From contig NC_043003.1 in the NCBI RefSeq assembly GCF_006345805.1, forward strand, positions 3,286,001 through 3,350,000: a stretch of DNA of 64,000 nucleotides, read 5' to 3'. This DNA is from Octopus sinensis. Taxonomy: Eukaryota. Below, one piece after another: positions 21,678-33,520 of this stretch. The notes under the pieces are model-generated. The model was not told the origin of the DNA. It searched no databases and worked only from the letters and a program-made list of their open reading frames with translations. Every line of letters begins with the position of its first letter. Within the stretch, counting starts at the first letter, position 1. The translations under genes and the position numbers were made by a program.

Positions 21678-22487
21678 GTACTGTTGCTGAAAATCTCTCG
21701 TTGTGAGATTTAAAAATAGTAATTTTCTAAAAGATGGTTTGTCCCCTGTGCCTGAAAAGGTGGAGGGGGGACTTGTCCCCTAGTACCTCCCTGAAACAAG
21801 GCTCTTGTTACATTGATTTGTAATGCTGGAAAACATAGAAACAAAACCCCTCAAAATTGCTAAGCAATGCAATTACTGTTACGTCTACCAAAGATCTGAG
21901 ATTCGTAACATGGAAAATGTTACAACTCCAAAATCCAAGACAACAGAACCCTATTTCCACATCTCAGTCTCCTCATTTTACTTTCTCCATCGCCACTCCA
22001 GTGGCATCTCTTCTTCACAACTCCACCCAATACACTTTTCACTCTTCCTCTCTTCATCCGTACTGTCCACTCCACCCTCTTCACCAGACCCTGCACTAAC
22101 CATTTTAGTCCATCCTTCACCCCCTACAATGCCACACTCAAGATTTCATTCCCAATCACCACTGCATGGTTTTCCCCAAAGCCCTTGACCTTCATTTTAA
22201 ATCCTTTCAGAAGCATATTAGTCTGGCAAGTGACTTGCTATGTGACCTTCTGTTGGAACTGAAGCAATTACGACCCTGAGAGCTGCTCAAAAACACACGA
22301 AGACTATTAACTTCACTTAAATATTTATTAATTTGGTATCAAAGTTTTCGTTGCACCAACTGTGACCCAGTCACAGTCTACAAAGGTCAAAAGCACAGCC
22401 ATATCATTCCTCACTGACCCCAAAATAAATAAATACGTCTTTTATTCCAGCAGGGCTGGGGTGGGAAGAGCATCAGTACCAATTGTG

Positions 22488-22590
22488 AAGAATGATCTTG
22501 CTCAATGAAGATGAGGATTTCAGAAAGTAATATTCTCAACTATATTCTGCAGATATCACACTGGTGTGTATGGTTTATCTTTAGTGAGAA
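22488..22590 (-). pseudogene. Decayed C2H2 finger remnant downstream of the 14-finger ZNF
   Basis: Reverse complement gives AAAGATAAACCATAC..CAGTGTGATATCTGC...TTTCTGAAAATCCTCATCTT.ATTGAGCAAGATCATT, i.e. KDKPY-QCDIC...FSENPHL-IE-KII with indels. Confidence 0.6.
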
Positions 22591-22649
22591 AACCAGTGGT
22601 TCTCTACCATTTTCTGCCGATCGAATCCTTTGATTACTGTTTTATTCTG

Positions 22650-23165
22650 GTGACCCCCACCCCTGGCCATTTGTTATAGATGCTTCCTATTTTGCTTTTC
22701 ACATCAAAATCGCTGACGTGGCCAATGACGGTACCACCTGATTGGCACTTGTGCCATTGGAATGTTAAAAGCACATCTGAGCATGATTGTTGCCTGGGCC
22801 ATGGATTGGTTCCCATGCTGGTGGCACATAAAAAGCACCATTCTAACGTGATCGGTGCCAGCGTCGCCTTACCAGCACATTCAAGCGTGGTCGTTACCAG
22901 TGCTGCCAGACTGGTTCCCATGCAGGTAGCATGTAAAAAATACCTTTTGAGCATGGTTGTTGCCAGTACCGCCTGACTGGCCCCCGTGCCGGTGACATGT
23001 AAAAGCACCCACTACACTCTCGGAGTGGTTGGTGTTAGGAAGGGCATCCAGCTATAGAAACTCTGCCAGATCAGATTGGAGCCTGGTGCAGCCTTCTAGC
23101 TCACCAGTCCTCAGTCAAACCGTCCAACCCATGCCAGCATAGAAAGCAGACATTGAACGATGATG
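22650..23165 (+). mobile_element. RTE-tail element with several internal sub-repeats
   Basis: Repeated GGCACATAAAAAGCACC-like units, then the standard tail ending AACGATGATGAT. Confidence 0.8.
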
Positions 23166-23423
23166 ATATTCAATCGTAGAGTCTGAACTATGTTAAACCT
23201 TAAAGAAACCTAGCTGTTTCTTCCAATAAATCTGAAGCAAAATTTTTCATGGGTTCATAAAATACTACTTGTGGACCCAATTTACTACTTAGCTTGTGTG
23301 GACTGCCAAAAGTCTTATATGAACCCCAGGGGTCACATGGACCTTAAGGGGTCACATAGACCCCGATTGAGAATCACTGGTGTAGATGATGAATTACAAG
23401 CAGTGAATGCAGTTTTGCACAAA

Positions 23424-24692
23424 TCACAATGGTAAGCTTTTTCCTGAATGATTGCGTTTATGTCTGGAAAAAGAGCTGCTGTCAGAGAAAGATTTCCCAC
23501 AAATATCACAAAGGTATGGCTTTTCTCCCGTGTGTGTACGTTTGTGTTTGGATAAAGAACTGCTTTCAGAGAAAGTCTTACCACAAATATCACAATGGTA
23601 AGGTTTTTCCCCAGTGTGTGTACGTTTGTGTTTCGCTAAAGAACTGCTTACAGAGAATGTCTTGCCACAGATATCACAATGATATGGTTTTTCTCCTGTG
23701 TGAAATCTCCGATGTGTTGATAACGAACTATTATTATTGAATGTGCTGTCACAGATGTCACAATGGTATGGCCTTTCTCCTGTATGGATACGTCGATGCT
23801 TAGATAAAGTACTATTTTCAGAGAATGTCTTGCGACAAATGTCACAACGATATGGTTTCTCTCCTGTGTGAATTCGAATATGAATGGATATGTTGCTGCT
23901 TTTAGAGAATGTTTTGCCACACACGTCACAATGGTAAGGTTTCTCTCCCGTGTGAATACGTTTGTGAGTCGACAGAGAACTACTGTTAGAGAATGCTTTA
24001 CCACAAATATCACAGTGGTATGGTTTCTCTCCTGTGTGAATACGTTTGTGAGTAGACAAAGATCTGCTTTCAGAAAATGTTTTCCCACAGACATCACAAT
24101 GATAGGGTCTTTCTCCCGTGTGAATACGTTTGTGGTTGAATAAAGTATCGTTAGCAGAGAAAGCTTTATCACAGACATCACAGCGATAGGGTTTTTCACC
24201 TGTATGAGTACGTTTATGTTTTGATAAATTACTTTTCACTGAAAATGCTTTCTTACAAACAATACACTGATATGGTTTCTCACCTGTATGCATTCGTTTA
24301 TGAATCAATACGTTGCTATTTTCAGAAAACGTTTTCCCACAAATATCACAATGAAATGGCTTCTCCCCTGTGTGAATACGCTTATGTTTCAACAAAATAC
24401 AATTTTCAGAGAATTTTTTCCCACAAATATCACAATTATACGGCTTCTCTCCTGTGTGAATACGTTTGTGTTTAGATAGACATTGATTTGTAGAGAACTT
24501 TTTCCCACATACATCACACACATGTTTAGATTGCACATGGAGCAATTTATGTTGTATAAAACATCTTCTGGTTTTAAAAGACTTCCCACATGTGTCACAC
24601 TTGTACACTTTCTCTGTCTGATGAAGAGGAACCTCATTCTTGCCAGTCTCTCTTCTGTTATCATCCAGTCTTTCATTTAGTTTCTTCTCCAT
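23424..24692 (-). CDS. Poly-C2H2 zinc-finger protein, 422 aa, 14 tandem fingers, single coding exon
   Basis: Uninterrupted ORF; 14 Cx2Cx12Hx3H units with TGEKP/TGERP linkers counted by eye. Confidence 0.95.
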   Translation of the reverse strand: MEKKLNERLDDNRRETGKNEVPLHQTEKVYKCDTCGKSFKTRRCFIQHKLLHVQSKHVCDVCGKKFSTNQCLSKHKRIHTGEKPYNCDICGKKFSENCILLKHKRIHTGEKPFHCDICGKTFSENSNVLIHKRMHTGEKPYQCIVCKKAFSVKSNLSKHKRTHTGEKPYRCDVCDKAFSANDTLFNHKRIHTGERPYHCDVCGKTFSESRSLSTHKRIHTGEKPYHCDICGKAFSNSSSLSTHKRIHTGEKPYHCDVCGKTFSKSSNISIHIRIHTGEKPYRCDICRKTFSENSTLSKHRRIHTGERPYHCDICDSTFNNNSSLSTHRRFHTGEKPYHCDICGKTFSVSSSLAKHKRTHTGEKPYHCDICGKTFSESSSLSKHKRTHTGEKPYLCDICGKSFSDSSSFSRHKRNHSGKSLPL

Positions 24693-25269
24693 AATTTCAA
24701 GTGTTTCTCATTAAATAGAAAGCGACTTTTCTCCCATAATTTTCAGTAAAAAAATATTTCTTTGGATATTTCCAATAAAGACTGTTTTCTTCAAATGAAG
24801 TTGGTATCTTATACATTTGTCTGGAACTTACAAATCAGAACTGATGAAAGACGTTATATGAGAGGAAAGTCTCAGTCAATTTTGATGCCGTGTATTATAG
24901 GAATGGGAAATTAATGGCACTTTACAAGAAATACTACTTCACAGTGTGTCCTTGGTAATGTCATTCTTTGGTCTTCAAAATCTCAATATCATTAGAAACC
25001 CTGAAACATATAAAGAAAGTATAAAATATAATGGCTATTCCGATGATGGCATATTAATGGTATTGGCCATAGACAATGAAAGACAGCAAAGGAAACATAG
25101 AGAATATAGAACTGAGAGGAAAGAAACAATGTGACTGATGTATGATTGAGATGAGTGATGTTAATGGGTATGCTTATCATCACTCATTTCAATGTTATGT
25201 CAATAATGTTGAAGAGAGGAGCAGAGGTGAGAAGGGAGTTAATCGGAGGACTTGTTCCAGCATTGATCC

Positions 25270-25420
25270 TTCCCATCATATGGAACCAGCTTTTGCACAT
25301 TAAATGGGAAGAAATTCTGGCAAAATTCAATCTCCAAAATGCTTACCACCAAATTCCAAAAGATAAAGACTGAAGAAATCACTACCACCAGGCATTGGTT
25401 TGTTGAGAGGGACAAGACGA
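25270..25420 (+). mobile_element. Possible Ty3/Gypsy reverse-transcriptase remnant
   Basis: Translation AKFNLQNAYHQIPKDKD resembles the Gypsy SKxDLxxAYHQI motif; stop codon and frameshift follow. Confidence 0.4.
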
Positions 25421-25469
25421 AATAACTTACGATGACACCAAACATGTTCATCTACCATTTTTCTATAAC

Positions 25470-25810
25470 ATGCAATAGAAAAATCATTGGTAAGAAGCTT
25501 GCTTCCTGACCACAAGGTTTTGGGTTCAGTCCTACTGCGCAGTACCTAGGGCAAGTGTTTTCTACTACAGCCCTGGGTTGACCATAGTGGATTTGGTAGA
25601 AAGAAGCCTATGTATGTGTGTGTGTTTGTCCCCCACCATCGGCTGACAACCAGTGCTGGTTTGTTTATGTCTCTATCACTTAAATGGTTCAGCAAAAAAG
25701 AGATTAGAAGAATAAGTACCAGGCTTAAAAGATAAGTCCTGGAGTTGATTTGTCTGCCTAAACACTTCCAGGCAGGGCTGCAGTCCAATAACTGACCCTA
25801 GTAAAAGAGA
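25470..25810 (+). mobile_element. CORE-type tRNA SINE, diverged
   Basis: GGGTTCAGTCCTACTGCGCAGTACCTAGGGCAAGTG...GAATAAGTACCAGG...GCAGTCCAATAACTGA. Confidence 0.7.
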
Positions 25811-26234
25811 TAAAAAGGGATAAGAATCTCTCAGGATGGCAAATAGGATTTGAACCCAAATCAATTCAGAGCCACAAATATACGTATGGTAAGAAGAAAT
25901 CATTTTGAGGAGATACTCCAACTCTGAGGAATCCAGAAAATATGAAATGTTAATGAGGCTTCTAATAACAAAGAATTGAAGTTCTTTTTCGGATTGGTAA
26001 ATTTATGTGGGTGATACCTTTTTTTTGTTCATCATTTAACTGTGGCCATGCTGGGGCACTACCTCAAGGGGTTTTAGTCAAACAAATTGCACCCCATCCC
26101 CAGTACAGTTTTCTTTTTAAATCTGGTATTTATAGTATTGGTCTCTTCTGCTAAATTGCTAAGCTATGAGGATGTAAACAAACCAACACCGGTTGGCAAG
26201 CGGTTGATGGAGGGTGTAACAAACACAGACATTT

Positions 26235-26770
26235 ATTATATTATTTACATTTGACAGATATTTGTCCTTATCTTGTTTGTTGTTAACACAACGTTTCGGC
26301 TGATATACCCTCCTGTCTTGGGGAAATTTCGAACCTGAGTTCTCATTTCTATAATGTTATTATTCAGGTTACTGCCTGGAATTGAACTCGGAATCTTGGG
26401 TTTAGTAGCCCGCACTCTTAACCACTACGCCATATGTCCATGGGCAATTATGGAGTGAATTTTTAGGGCTTATAAATCTAATATTCTCCTATCCTTCCTT
26501 AACACTGATTCCCATAGTCTACTCCTATCTGCACTCGGTCTGCTTAGGAGGTTGTTGTGTCCCAGCATATATGCTGCTTCTTTTAGCTTCTGTATTTTCC
26601 AGTGGTGTTCTCTGTCTATTATTCTAACTTCATCCCACAAGGGGGGGGAGGTGGTCTCCATTTTTCCATACATGTATGATCCTGTATGTTCAGTTAATCC
26701 GCTTTCGTTTTTCTTAACCAGTAGCTCACTTTATTTTAGTCAGATGTGTCCCATCTACCCATAATTATTT
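26235..26770 (-). mobile_element. Penelope-like element 3' end: GIY-YIG C-terminus, tRNA-like segment, partly deleted hammerhead
   Basis: ORF 26673-26470 (PLWDEVRIIDREHHWKIQKLKEAAYMLGHNNLLSR); A-box TGGCGTAGTGG and B-box GAGTTCAATTCC at 26438-26366; CAGCCGAAACGTTGTGTT at 26302-26285. Confidence 0.75.
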
Positions 26771-27074
26771 TGATCTGACTATAATTTTATCTATTTTTTG
26801 ACATTTTTTTTTTTTTTGATTTGAGGGTAATCCGACAGAATACAGGTGGAAATTTTTTAGTCCACCAGAAACCGTCATTTGTATAGAGTTGTATGGTTTA
26901 AGCATTGTATATTACAAATCTATCGATTCTTATCGTTATTGACTTTGCTTTTCATCCTTTAGGGGCTCATGAAATAAGCACCAGTTGAACACTAGGGTTG
27001 ATGGAGTCGACTACCCCTTCGCCAAAATTTCAGGACTTGTGCTTTTAGTAGAAAAGATTATTATTATCATTATA

Positions 27075-27710
27075 TGGCGGCGAGCTGGCAGAATTGTTAG
27101 CACGCCGGGTGAAATGTTTAGCCGTATTTCGTCTGCCGTTACGTTCTGAGTTCAAATTCCACCGAGGTCAACTTTGCCTTTCATCCTTTTGGGGTCGATT
27201 AAATAAGTACCAGTTACGCACTGGGGTCGATATAATCGACTTAATCTGTCTGTCTGTCCTTGTTTGTCCCCTTGTGGCTAGTAAAGAAATACGCATTTCG
27301 TCTGCCGCTACGTTCTGAGGTCAAATTCTGCCAAGGTTGACTTTGCCTTTCATCTTTTCAGGGTCAATAAATTAAGTACCAGTTGCATACTGGGGTTGAT
27401 GTAATCGATTAGTCCACTGCCTCAAAATTTCAAGGTCTTGTGCCTTCAATAGAAAGGATTATTATCACTATTATTATTATTATTATTATTCCAAGTGGTG
27501 AGCTGGCAGAATTGTAAGCAGACCAAGCAAAATGTTTAGCAACATTTCATCTATCTTTACGTTCTGAATTCAAAATCTGCCGAGGTCAACTTTGCCTTTC
27601 TCCCTTTCAGGGTCAATAAGTTAAGCACCAGTGAGACTGGGGTTGATGCAATCGACTAGGCCTCTCTCTCCAAATTTCAGACCTTGTGCCTTTAGTAGAA
27701 AGAATTATTG
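27075..27710 (+). mobile_element. Three tandem copies of a third tRNA-derived SINE (MetaSINE-like central domain)
   Basis: Head GGCGAGCTGGCAGAATTGTTAGCACG; GAGTTCAAATTCC; core GCCTTTCATCCTTTTGGGGTCGATTAAATAAGTACCAG repeated three times. Superfamily name is from recall only. Confidence 0.75.
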
Positions 27711-28139
27711 GTGCCGGTGTAGTATGTGATCTACATACATGTTTCTGGTATAGTTTGTGATCTAAACTGACTTTCAATCTCGTTTAGATTTCATTTGTTG
27801 GAAGATTTTAAGACCAAATGAACAAATTCTCTTTATTGCATCTTTAAATGATATGCCAGTGCCGCCTGACTGGTGCTGGTGGCACATAAAAAGCACCCAC
27901 TACACTCTCGGAGTGGTTGGCATTAGGAACGGCATCCAGCTGTAGAAACCTTGCCAGATCAGATTGGAGCCTGGTGCAGCCTCCAGGCTTGCCAGCCCTC
28001 AGTCAAACCGTCCAACCCATGCCAGCATTAATGCCCATTTTCCATGCAGGGTTGGACAGTTTGATAGGAGCTAGCGAGGCCAGCAGCCACACCTGGTTTG
28101 ATAGTCTCTCTTGGCACGGTTTCTATGGCAGGATGTCCT

Positions 28140-28540
28140 TCCCAACACCAACTGTTATTGCCTAGGGAGACCCAGGAAGACATCAGACGAAATATTGGAA
28201 GCCAATCTCAAAACACTGAGCCATAGGAAGGAGATGAGAAAGGACTGAGGCATTTGGTGTTTGGCTGTACACAAGATGGCCTGCTCACCACAACAGAACA
28301 AAACTGATATCCCAAACCTGTCTTGGTAGTCCTTGCCCAGGAAGGGTACTGGTGATGATGCCACGTAAAAAGCACCCAGTACATTCTGTAAAGTAGTTGG
28401 TGTTAGGAAGGGCATCCACTTGTAGAAACCTTGCCAGATGAAATTGGAGCCTGGTACAGCCTCCTGGCTTGCCAGTCCTCAGTCAAACAGTCTAACCCAT
28501 GCCAGCATCGAAAGTGGACGTCAAACGACAATGATGGTGA
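28140..28540 (+). mobile_element. RTE LINE 3' fragment with tail
   Basis: Encodes GRPRKTSDEILEANLKTL, homologous to GRPRKTWDEVVKHDLRAL at 58310; followed by the shared tail. Confidence 0.7.
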
Positions 28541-29010
28541 CCCATGCTGTATACAAACAGTCACAGTATTCATGGTTCTAATATGAAATTTAAAAAATCA
28601 ATAAAAATTTTTCCGATTTTTTAAAATGTTTAACTCATTCTCTAATTCTAATTTTGAAATTTATAACAACATTTTGAATATAAATCACAAGTTAGTCTAG
28701 ATTGAAGTTGCTGTAGATCACATACTACACTGGCACCGAATTATTATTATTTACATCAGTGGTTCCCAAAGTGGGAGGTATTAGCTCCAAGGGGGCATTG
28801 AAGAAAAGTGGGGTGATAATGGGGGAAGCGATTCATGTAAAAACAAGAAAATAATGGTTTCATTAGGTTAAGCTTTATTTGTGAAATACAGTTGCTTTGA
28901 ATTTGCTTCAGAAAGGGGTCGGTTTGTGATGGTTAGTTGGGGTGGGGTCGCTAGGAATGTGGCCTGGGTGTCAGGGGGACGGCAGCCTGCAAAAGTTTGG
29001 GAATCACTGA

Positions 29011-29216
29011 TTTACATCTCTTTTACTTGTTTCAGTCATTTGACTGTGGCCATGCTGGAGCACCACCTTTAGTCAAGCAAATCGATCCCCCAGGACTTAT
29101 TCTTTGTAAGCCTAGTACTTATTCTATTGGTCTCTTTTGCCGAACTGCTAAGTTATGGGGACGTAAACACACCAGCACCGGTTGTCAAGCGATGCTGGGA
29201 GGACAAACACAAACAT

Positions 29217-29249
<33 letters not shown>

Positions 29250-29420
29250 CATATATACGATGGATTTCTTTCAGTTTCCATCTACCAAATCCACTCACAA
29301 GGCTTTGGTTGGCTCAAGGTTATAGTAGAAGACAGTTGCCCAAGGTGCCACGCAGTGGGAGTGAACCCGCGACCATGTGGTTAGTAAGCAAGCTACTTAC
29401 CACACAGCCACTCCTACGCC
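29011..29420 (-). mobile_element. CORE-type tRNA SINE
   Basis: Full reverse-complement copy with internal (CA)n(TA)n. Confidence 0.85.
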
Positions 29421-29804
29421 TACACCATATACAATATAATAATAATAATAATCGTTTTGTATGTTATTACAAGATCAGTAATTTTTTAGGCAGAGGTAAC
29501 TAGTCGATTACACTGGCCCCAGTGCTCACCGACACCAAAAGGACAAAGGGCAGAATTTGAACTCAGAATGCAAAGGATTGCGCAAAATGTATTTTTATCC
29601 GATGCGCTAATGATTCTCCCAGCTTCGTTGCGTGAACAATTAATAATCATTTCGAATTTCAGTGCAGGGCCAGCAGCATTTGATTATGACGAACCCAGTA
29701 CTTGATGGGGCATAACTACAGATGTGTACCCCACTGACTTTGTTGCCTCATAACTTCTAGAAAAATGGATACTTTTTAATGAAATTCTCCACAAGTACCA
29801 CTTC

Positions 29805-30182
29805 AGAGTACAAACAATAACTCTGAGTATCTTTTCAAACTCCACCTGTCTAACACCCGTGGACATGTTTACAAAGTCAGAAAACAGCACAGCTCCCATG
29901 ACTTTCGGAAACATTTTTCCCACTAAGAGTTGCTGAAGCATGGAACAGATTGCCAGCATCAGCTGTTAGTTGTCGGAGCACTGCATCCTTCAAAACTTCC
30001 ATGCTTCCTGAGATTCGCCAACACTACACCTGATTTTCTCCCCTCCATACACACACAAGCATGTATCTGACTCATACACTGTTCACTTTCCAGACATTTG
30101 TACATTACTGCATATACTTTATGTGCTTTTGACAAGTTGTGGTGCACCTGAGCACTGTTTGCAATAATTTCATTATTATTAT
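29805..30182 (+). mobile_element. CR1-clade LINE 3' end
   Basis: Reverse-complement homolog of 13830-14230; encodes AEAWNRLPASAVSCRSTASFKTSMLPEIRQHYT*. Confidence 0.85.
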
Positions 30183-30185
30183 ATC

Positions 30186-31987
30186 AGGATTTATGGGAAA
30201 GAATTTTTCTTATGGAGTGGAGAAAGGAGTTTCAGAAAGTTCACATGATCCGACTTTTTCCCCCTCATAACTTTCAGGAAAATGGATATCTTTTAATGAA
30301 ATTTTATACAAATACCTTTCAAATGGCATATATTACGATTATAAAGAAATTTGTGGGGGGAAATTTTTTCCGGAGGGGTGGGGAGAGGAATTTCGGATCA
30401 GGAAGACCAAATAAGTTGGAACTACTCCATTCTTTTTTTCCCCATCTTTTATTTCACCACAACTTTCAAAATGATGGAGGGCATCTTTTTAAGAAAAAAA
30501 ATTTCAGAAAATTTTTTTTGTACAACCTCATCATCCCACTCTGGACCAATTCCAGCCAATTGTTTTTAACTTAAAAACCATGAGCCTTTTCGGTAAAAAA
30601 CCCAAATATTTTCAAAGGAAAAGGTGTATGATGCAAGGGAGATTTGGCTGTTGTTTCTAGCACATACCAAACCACCTACCATTTTCACTCACATGTACTG
30701 ATGTTTTTTTTCCAATATTTTTCTCCCGTTAAACACATTTTATGGAATGATGCAGAAGTAACACACGCGTGGTCCATTGGCGAAATACTAGCAACAAAAA
30801 ACAAAATTATAATTTAAAATTTTACCCCCACCTCAATCAAGCGAAGCCGTGTGTGTGTGTGTGTGTATACTCTTTTTACTCTTTTCCTTGTTTCAGTCAT
30901 TTGACTGCGGCCATGCTGGAGCACCGCCTTTAATTGAGCAACTCGACCCCGGGACTTATTCTTTTGTAAGCCCAGTACTTATTCTATCGGTCTCTTTTGC
31001 CGAACCGCTAAGTAACGGGGACATAAACACACCAGCATCAGTTGTCAAGCAATGCTAGGGGGACAAACACAGACACACAAATACACACACGCATATATAT
31101 ATACATATATATATACGACGGGCTTCTTTCAGTTTCCATCTACTAAATCCACTCACAAGGCTTTGGTCGGCCCGAGGCTATAGTAGAAGACACTTGCCCA
31201 AAGTGCCCCGCAGTGGGACTGAACCCGGAACCATGTGGTTGGTAAGCAAGCTACTTACCACACAGCCACTCCTGCGCCTATATGTAAGTAAGAAAAATAA
31301 TTTTCTAACAGAAAAGTATACTATCAAAATGAACTGTTGATAAATGCCAGCAATGACCTTCTCAGGCTCTCCAATATTTTAATTTCTAAACAGAAGCAAT
31401 TGGAGGCAGGGAGTGAGGTTGCAAAAAAAAAAAAAAAAATAAATTTTCCAATTTTTTTTATAGCGTATAAATGTATTTATGGGCAGAAAAATATTGAAAA
31501 ACATCAATACATTAGAGAGTGAGAAAGAAAGGAGGGTGTCTTTGGATGTGCTAGAAATAACAGCCAAATCTCCCTTAAATCACTCACTTTTTCCTTTGAA
31601 AATATTAAGGGGTGGGGAAGTTGTAAAAAAAATTTTCAAAAATTTTTTTTCATACAAAGATTCCCCCCTCCCAACATTTTGAAGGTTGTGGTGAGATAAA
31701 AAAAAATGGGGGAAAACCCTCCTCAAAACGGAGTAGTTCTAACTTATTTGGTCTTCCTGATCCAAAACTTCGTTTTCCTGAAACTCCTCTCCCCACCCCT
31801 TCGGAAAAAATTTTCCCCACAAATTTCTTTATAATTAATCTGACGTTTGAAAGGTATTTGCATGAAATATCATTAAAAGATATCCATTTTCCTGAAAGTT
31901 ATGAGGGGAAAAATGTCGAATCGTGTGAATTTTCCGAAATTCCTCTCTTCACCCCTTCGGAGAAAATTCTTTCTCATAAATCCCAAG
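30186..31987. mobile_element. Foldback-like element with ~450-480 bp inverted arms and an internal SINE
   Basis: 30186-30665 aligns to the reverse complement of 31545-31987 (e.g. GGATTTATG.GAAAGAATTTT, GATCAGGAAGACCAAATAAGTT, GGAGATTTGGCTGTT). Confidence 0.7.
30868..31280 (-). mobile_element. CORE-type tRNA SINE, young-looking
   Basis: Retains CpGs; full head and tail. Confidence 0.9.
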
Positions 31988-31989
31988 AG

Positions 31990-32380
31990 ACGCAGGGGTA
32001 GCTGTGTAGTAAGTAGCTTGCTTGCCAACCACTTGGTTCTGAGTTCAGTCCCACTGCGTGGCACCTTGGGCAAGTGTCTTCTGCTATAGCCCCGGGCCAA
32101 CCAAAGCCTTGTGAGTGGATTTGGTAGACGGAAACTGAAAGAAGCCTGTCGTATATATACATAAACACACACACACACACATATATATGTGTGTGTGTCT
32201 GTGTCTGTGTTCGTCCCCACCACCATCGCTTGACAGCCGATGTTGGTGTGTTTACGTCCCTGTAACTTAGCGGTTTAGCAAAAGAGTCCGATAGGATAAG
32301 TATAAGGCTTACAAAGAATAAGTCCTGCGGTCGATTTGTTCGACTAAAGGGGGTGCTCTAGCATGGCCGAAGTTATGAGG
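31990..32380 (+). mobile_element. CORE-type tRNA SINE
   Basis: Full head GCAGGGGTAGCTGTGTAGTAAG through GGTGCTCTAGCATGGCCG. Confidence 0.85.
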
Positions 32381-33489
32381 GAACAAAGTCGGGGGTGGGG
32401 GTACACATCTTGATTCGTATTTTATTTTACTGACCCCAAAAGGATGAAAGGCAAAGTCACCCTTGACGGAATTTGAACTCAGATCCGTAAATAATAATAA
32501 CAATCCATTTTGCTAAAGACACACAGCCTGAAATTTTGGGGAGGGGACCAGTCGATTAGATCGACTCCCTAGTGTTCTACTGGTACTTAATTCATCGACC
32601 CCCGAAAGGATGAAAGGCAAAGTCGACCTCGGCGAAATTAATAATGATAATTATTCCGGGACCCTTTGAGCGGGAATGGGTTATTCAACCTGAAGAAAAT
32701 TCACCTGCAAGCTCATGCGCTGTTTACGTTGATACGCGATCACCATGTCGCGCACTTAGGGTTGTGCTGCAGGTGCCCGGTGCACCCTTATCAGACGGGC
32801 TTCGTATATTTGTACCCCAGTTTCACTAATGATGGCATGCGCTGCTCTCTCAATAATAATAATAATTTCAAATTTTGGCACAAGGCCAGCAAATTCAGGC
32901 AAAGGATAAATCGATTACATCGACCCCAGTGTTCAACTGGAATTTACTTTATCGATCCCGAGAGGACGAAAGGCCGAATTTTAACTCGGAACTTTAAACG
33001 GCCACGAAGCAAAATTAATACTTTCATTTTCTCTCCTTGTTAATTCCTCTATTTCGTTCTCTCTCTCTCTGACTTTATATATCAGGACCCTAATAATATT
33101 ACGATGGTAGATTTAAACTAAACACACGATATCAAAACATTTAAAAGCTTTCATTAAATTAACGAAATATTTTCAATGTTGTACAAATTAGCCGCAAATA
33201 TTAATTAATAAAAACGATGTCGGCGAAAATGAATGCAACTGACAATTCTCGGGTTTCTCTTTCCGTGTCGTCTTTACTCAGAAAATTCTGTTTTTAAAAA
33301 AGAACCCCCACAAAATTCGACATTTATCATAGAATTTTTAACAAATAGTGTCTTTGACAAGTATTTACCTCCTGCCGGCATCTTTCTGAAAACCTATTAA
33401 TGTCGCATATATTTATATATTGGTGGTTGTTGTGTCGAACGAAGATGTTCAATGTTTGGGATGAAATGTCTTGGACGGTCGCGGATGGA

Positions 33490-33520
33490 AATGGAATAAT
33501 GGCGGGCGGAAGTGAGAAAG
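33490..33520. promoter_or_regulatory. Candidate housekeeping-type promoter: adjacent YY1-like and ETS-like motifs
   Basis: ATAATGGCGG (33496-33505) next to CGGAAGTG (33507-33514) in unique CpG-containing DNA; minus-strand donor GAG|GTAAAT at 33368. Confidence 0.35.
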
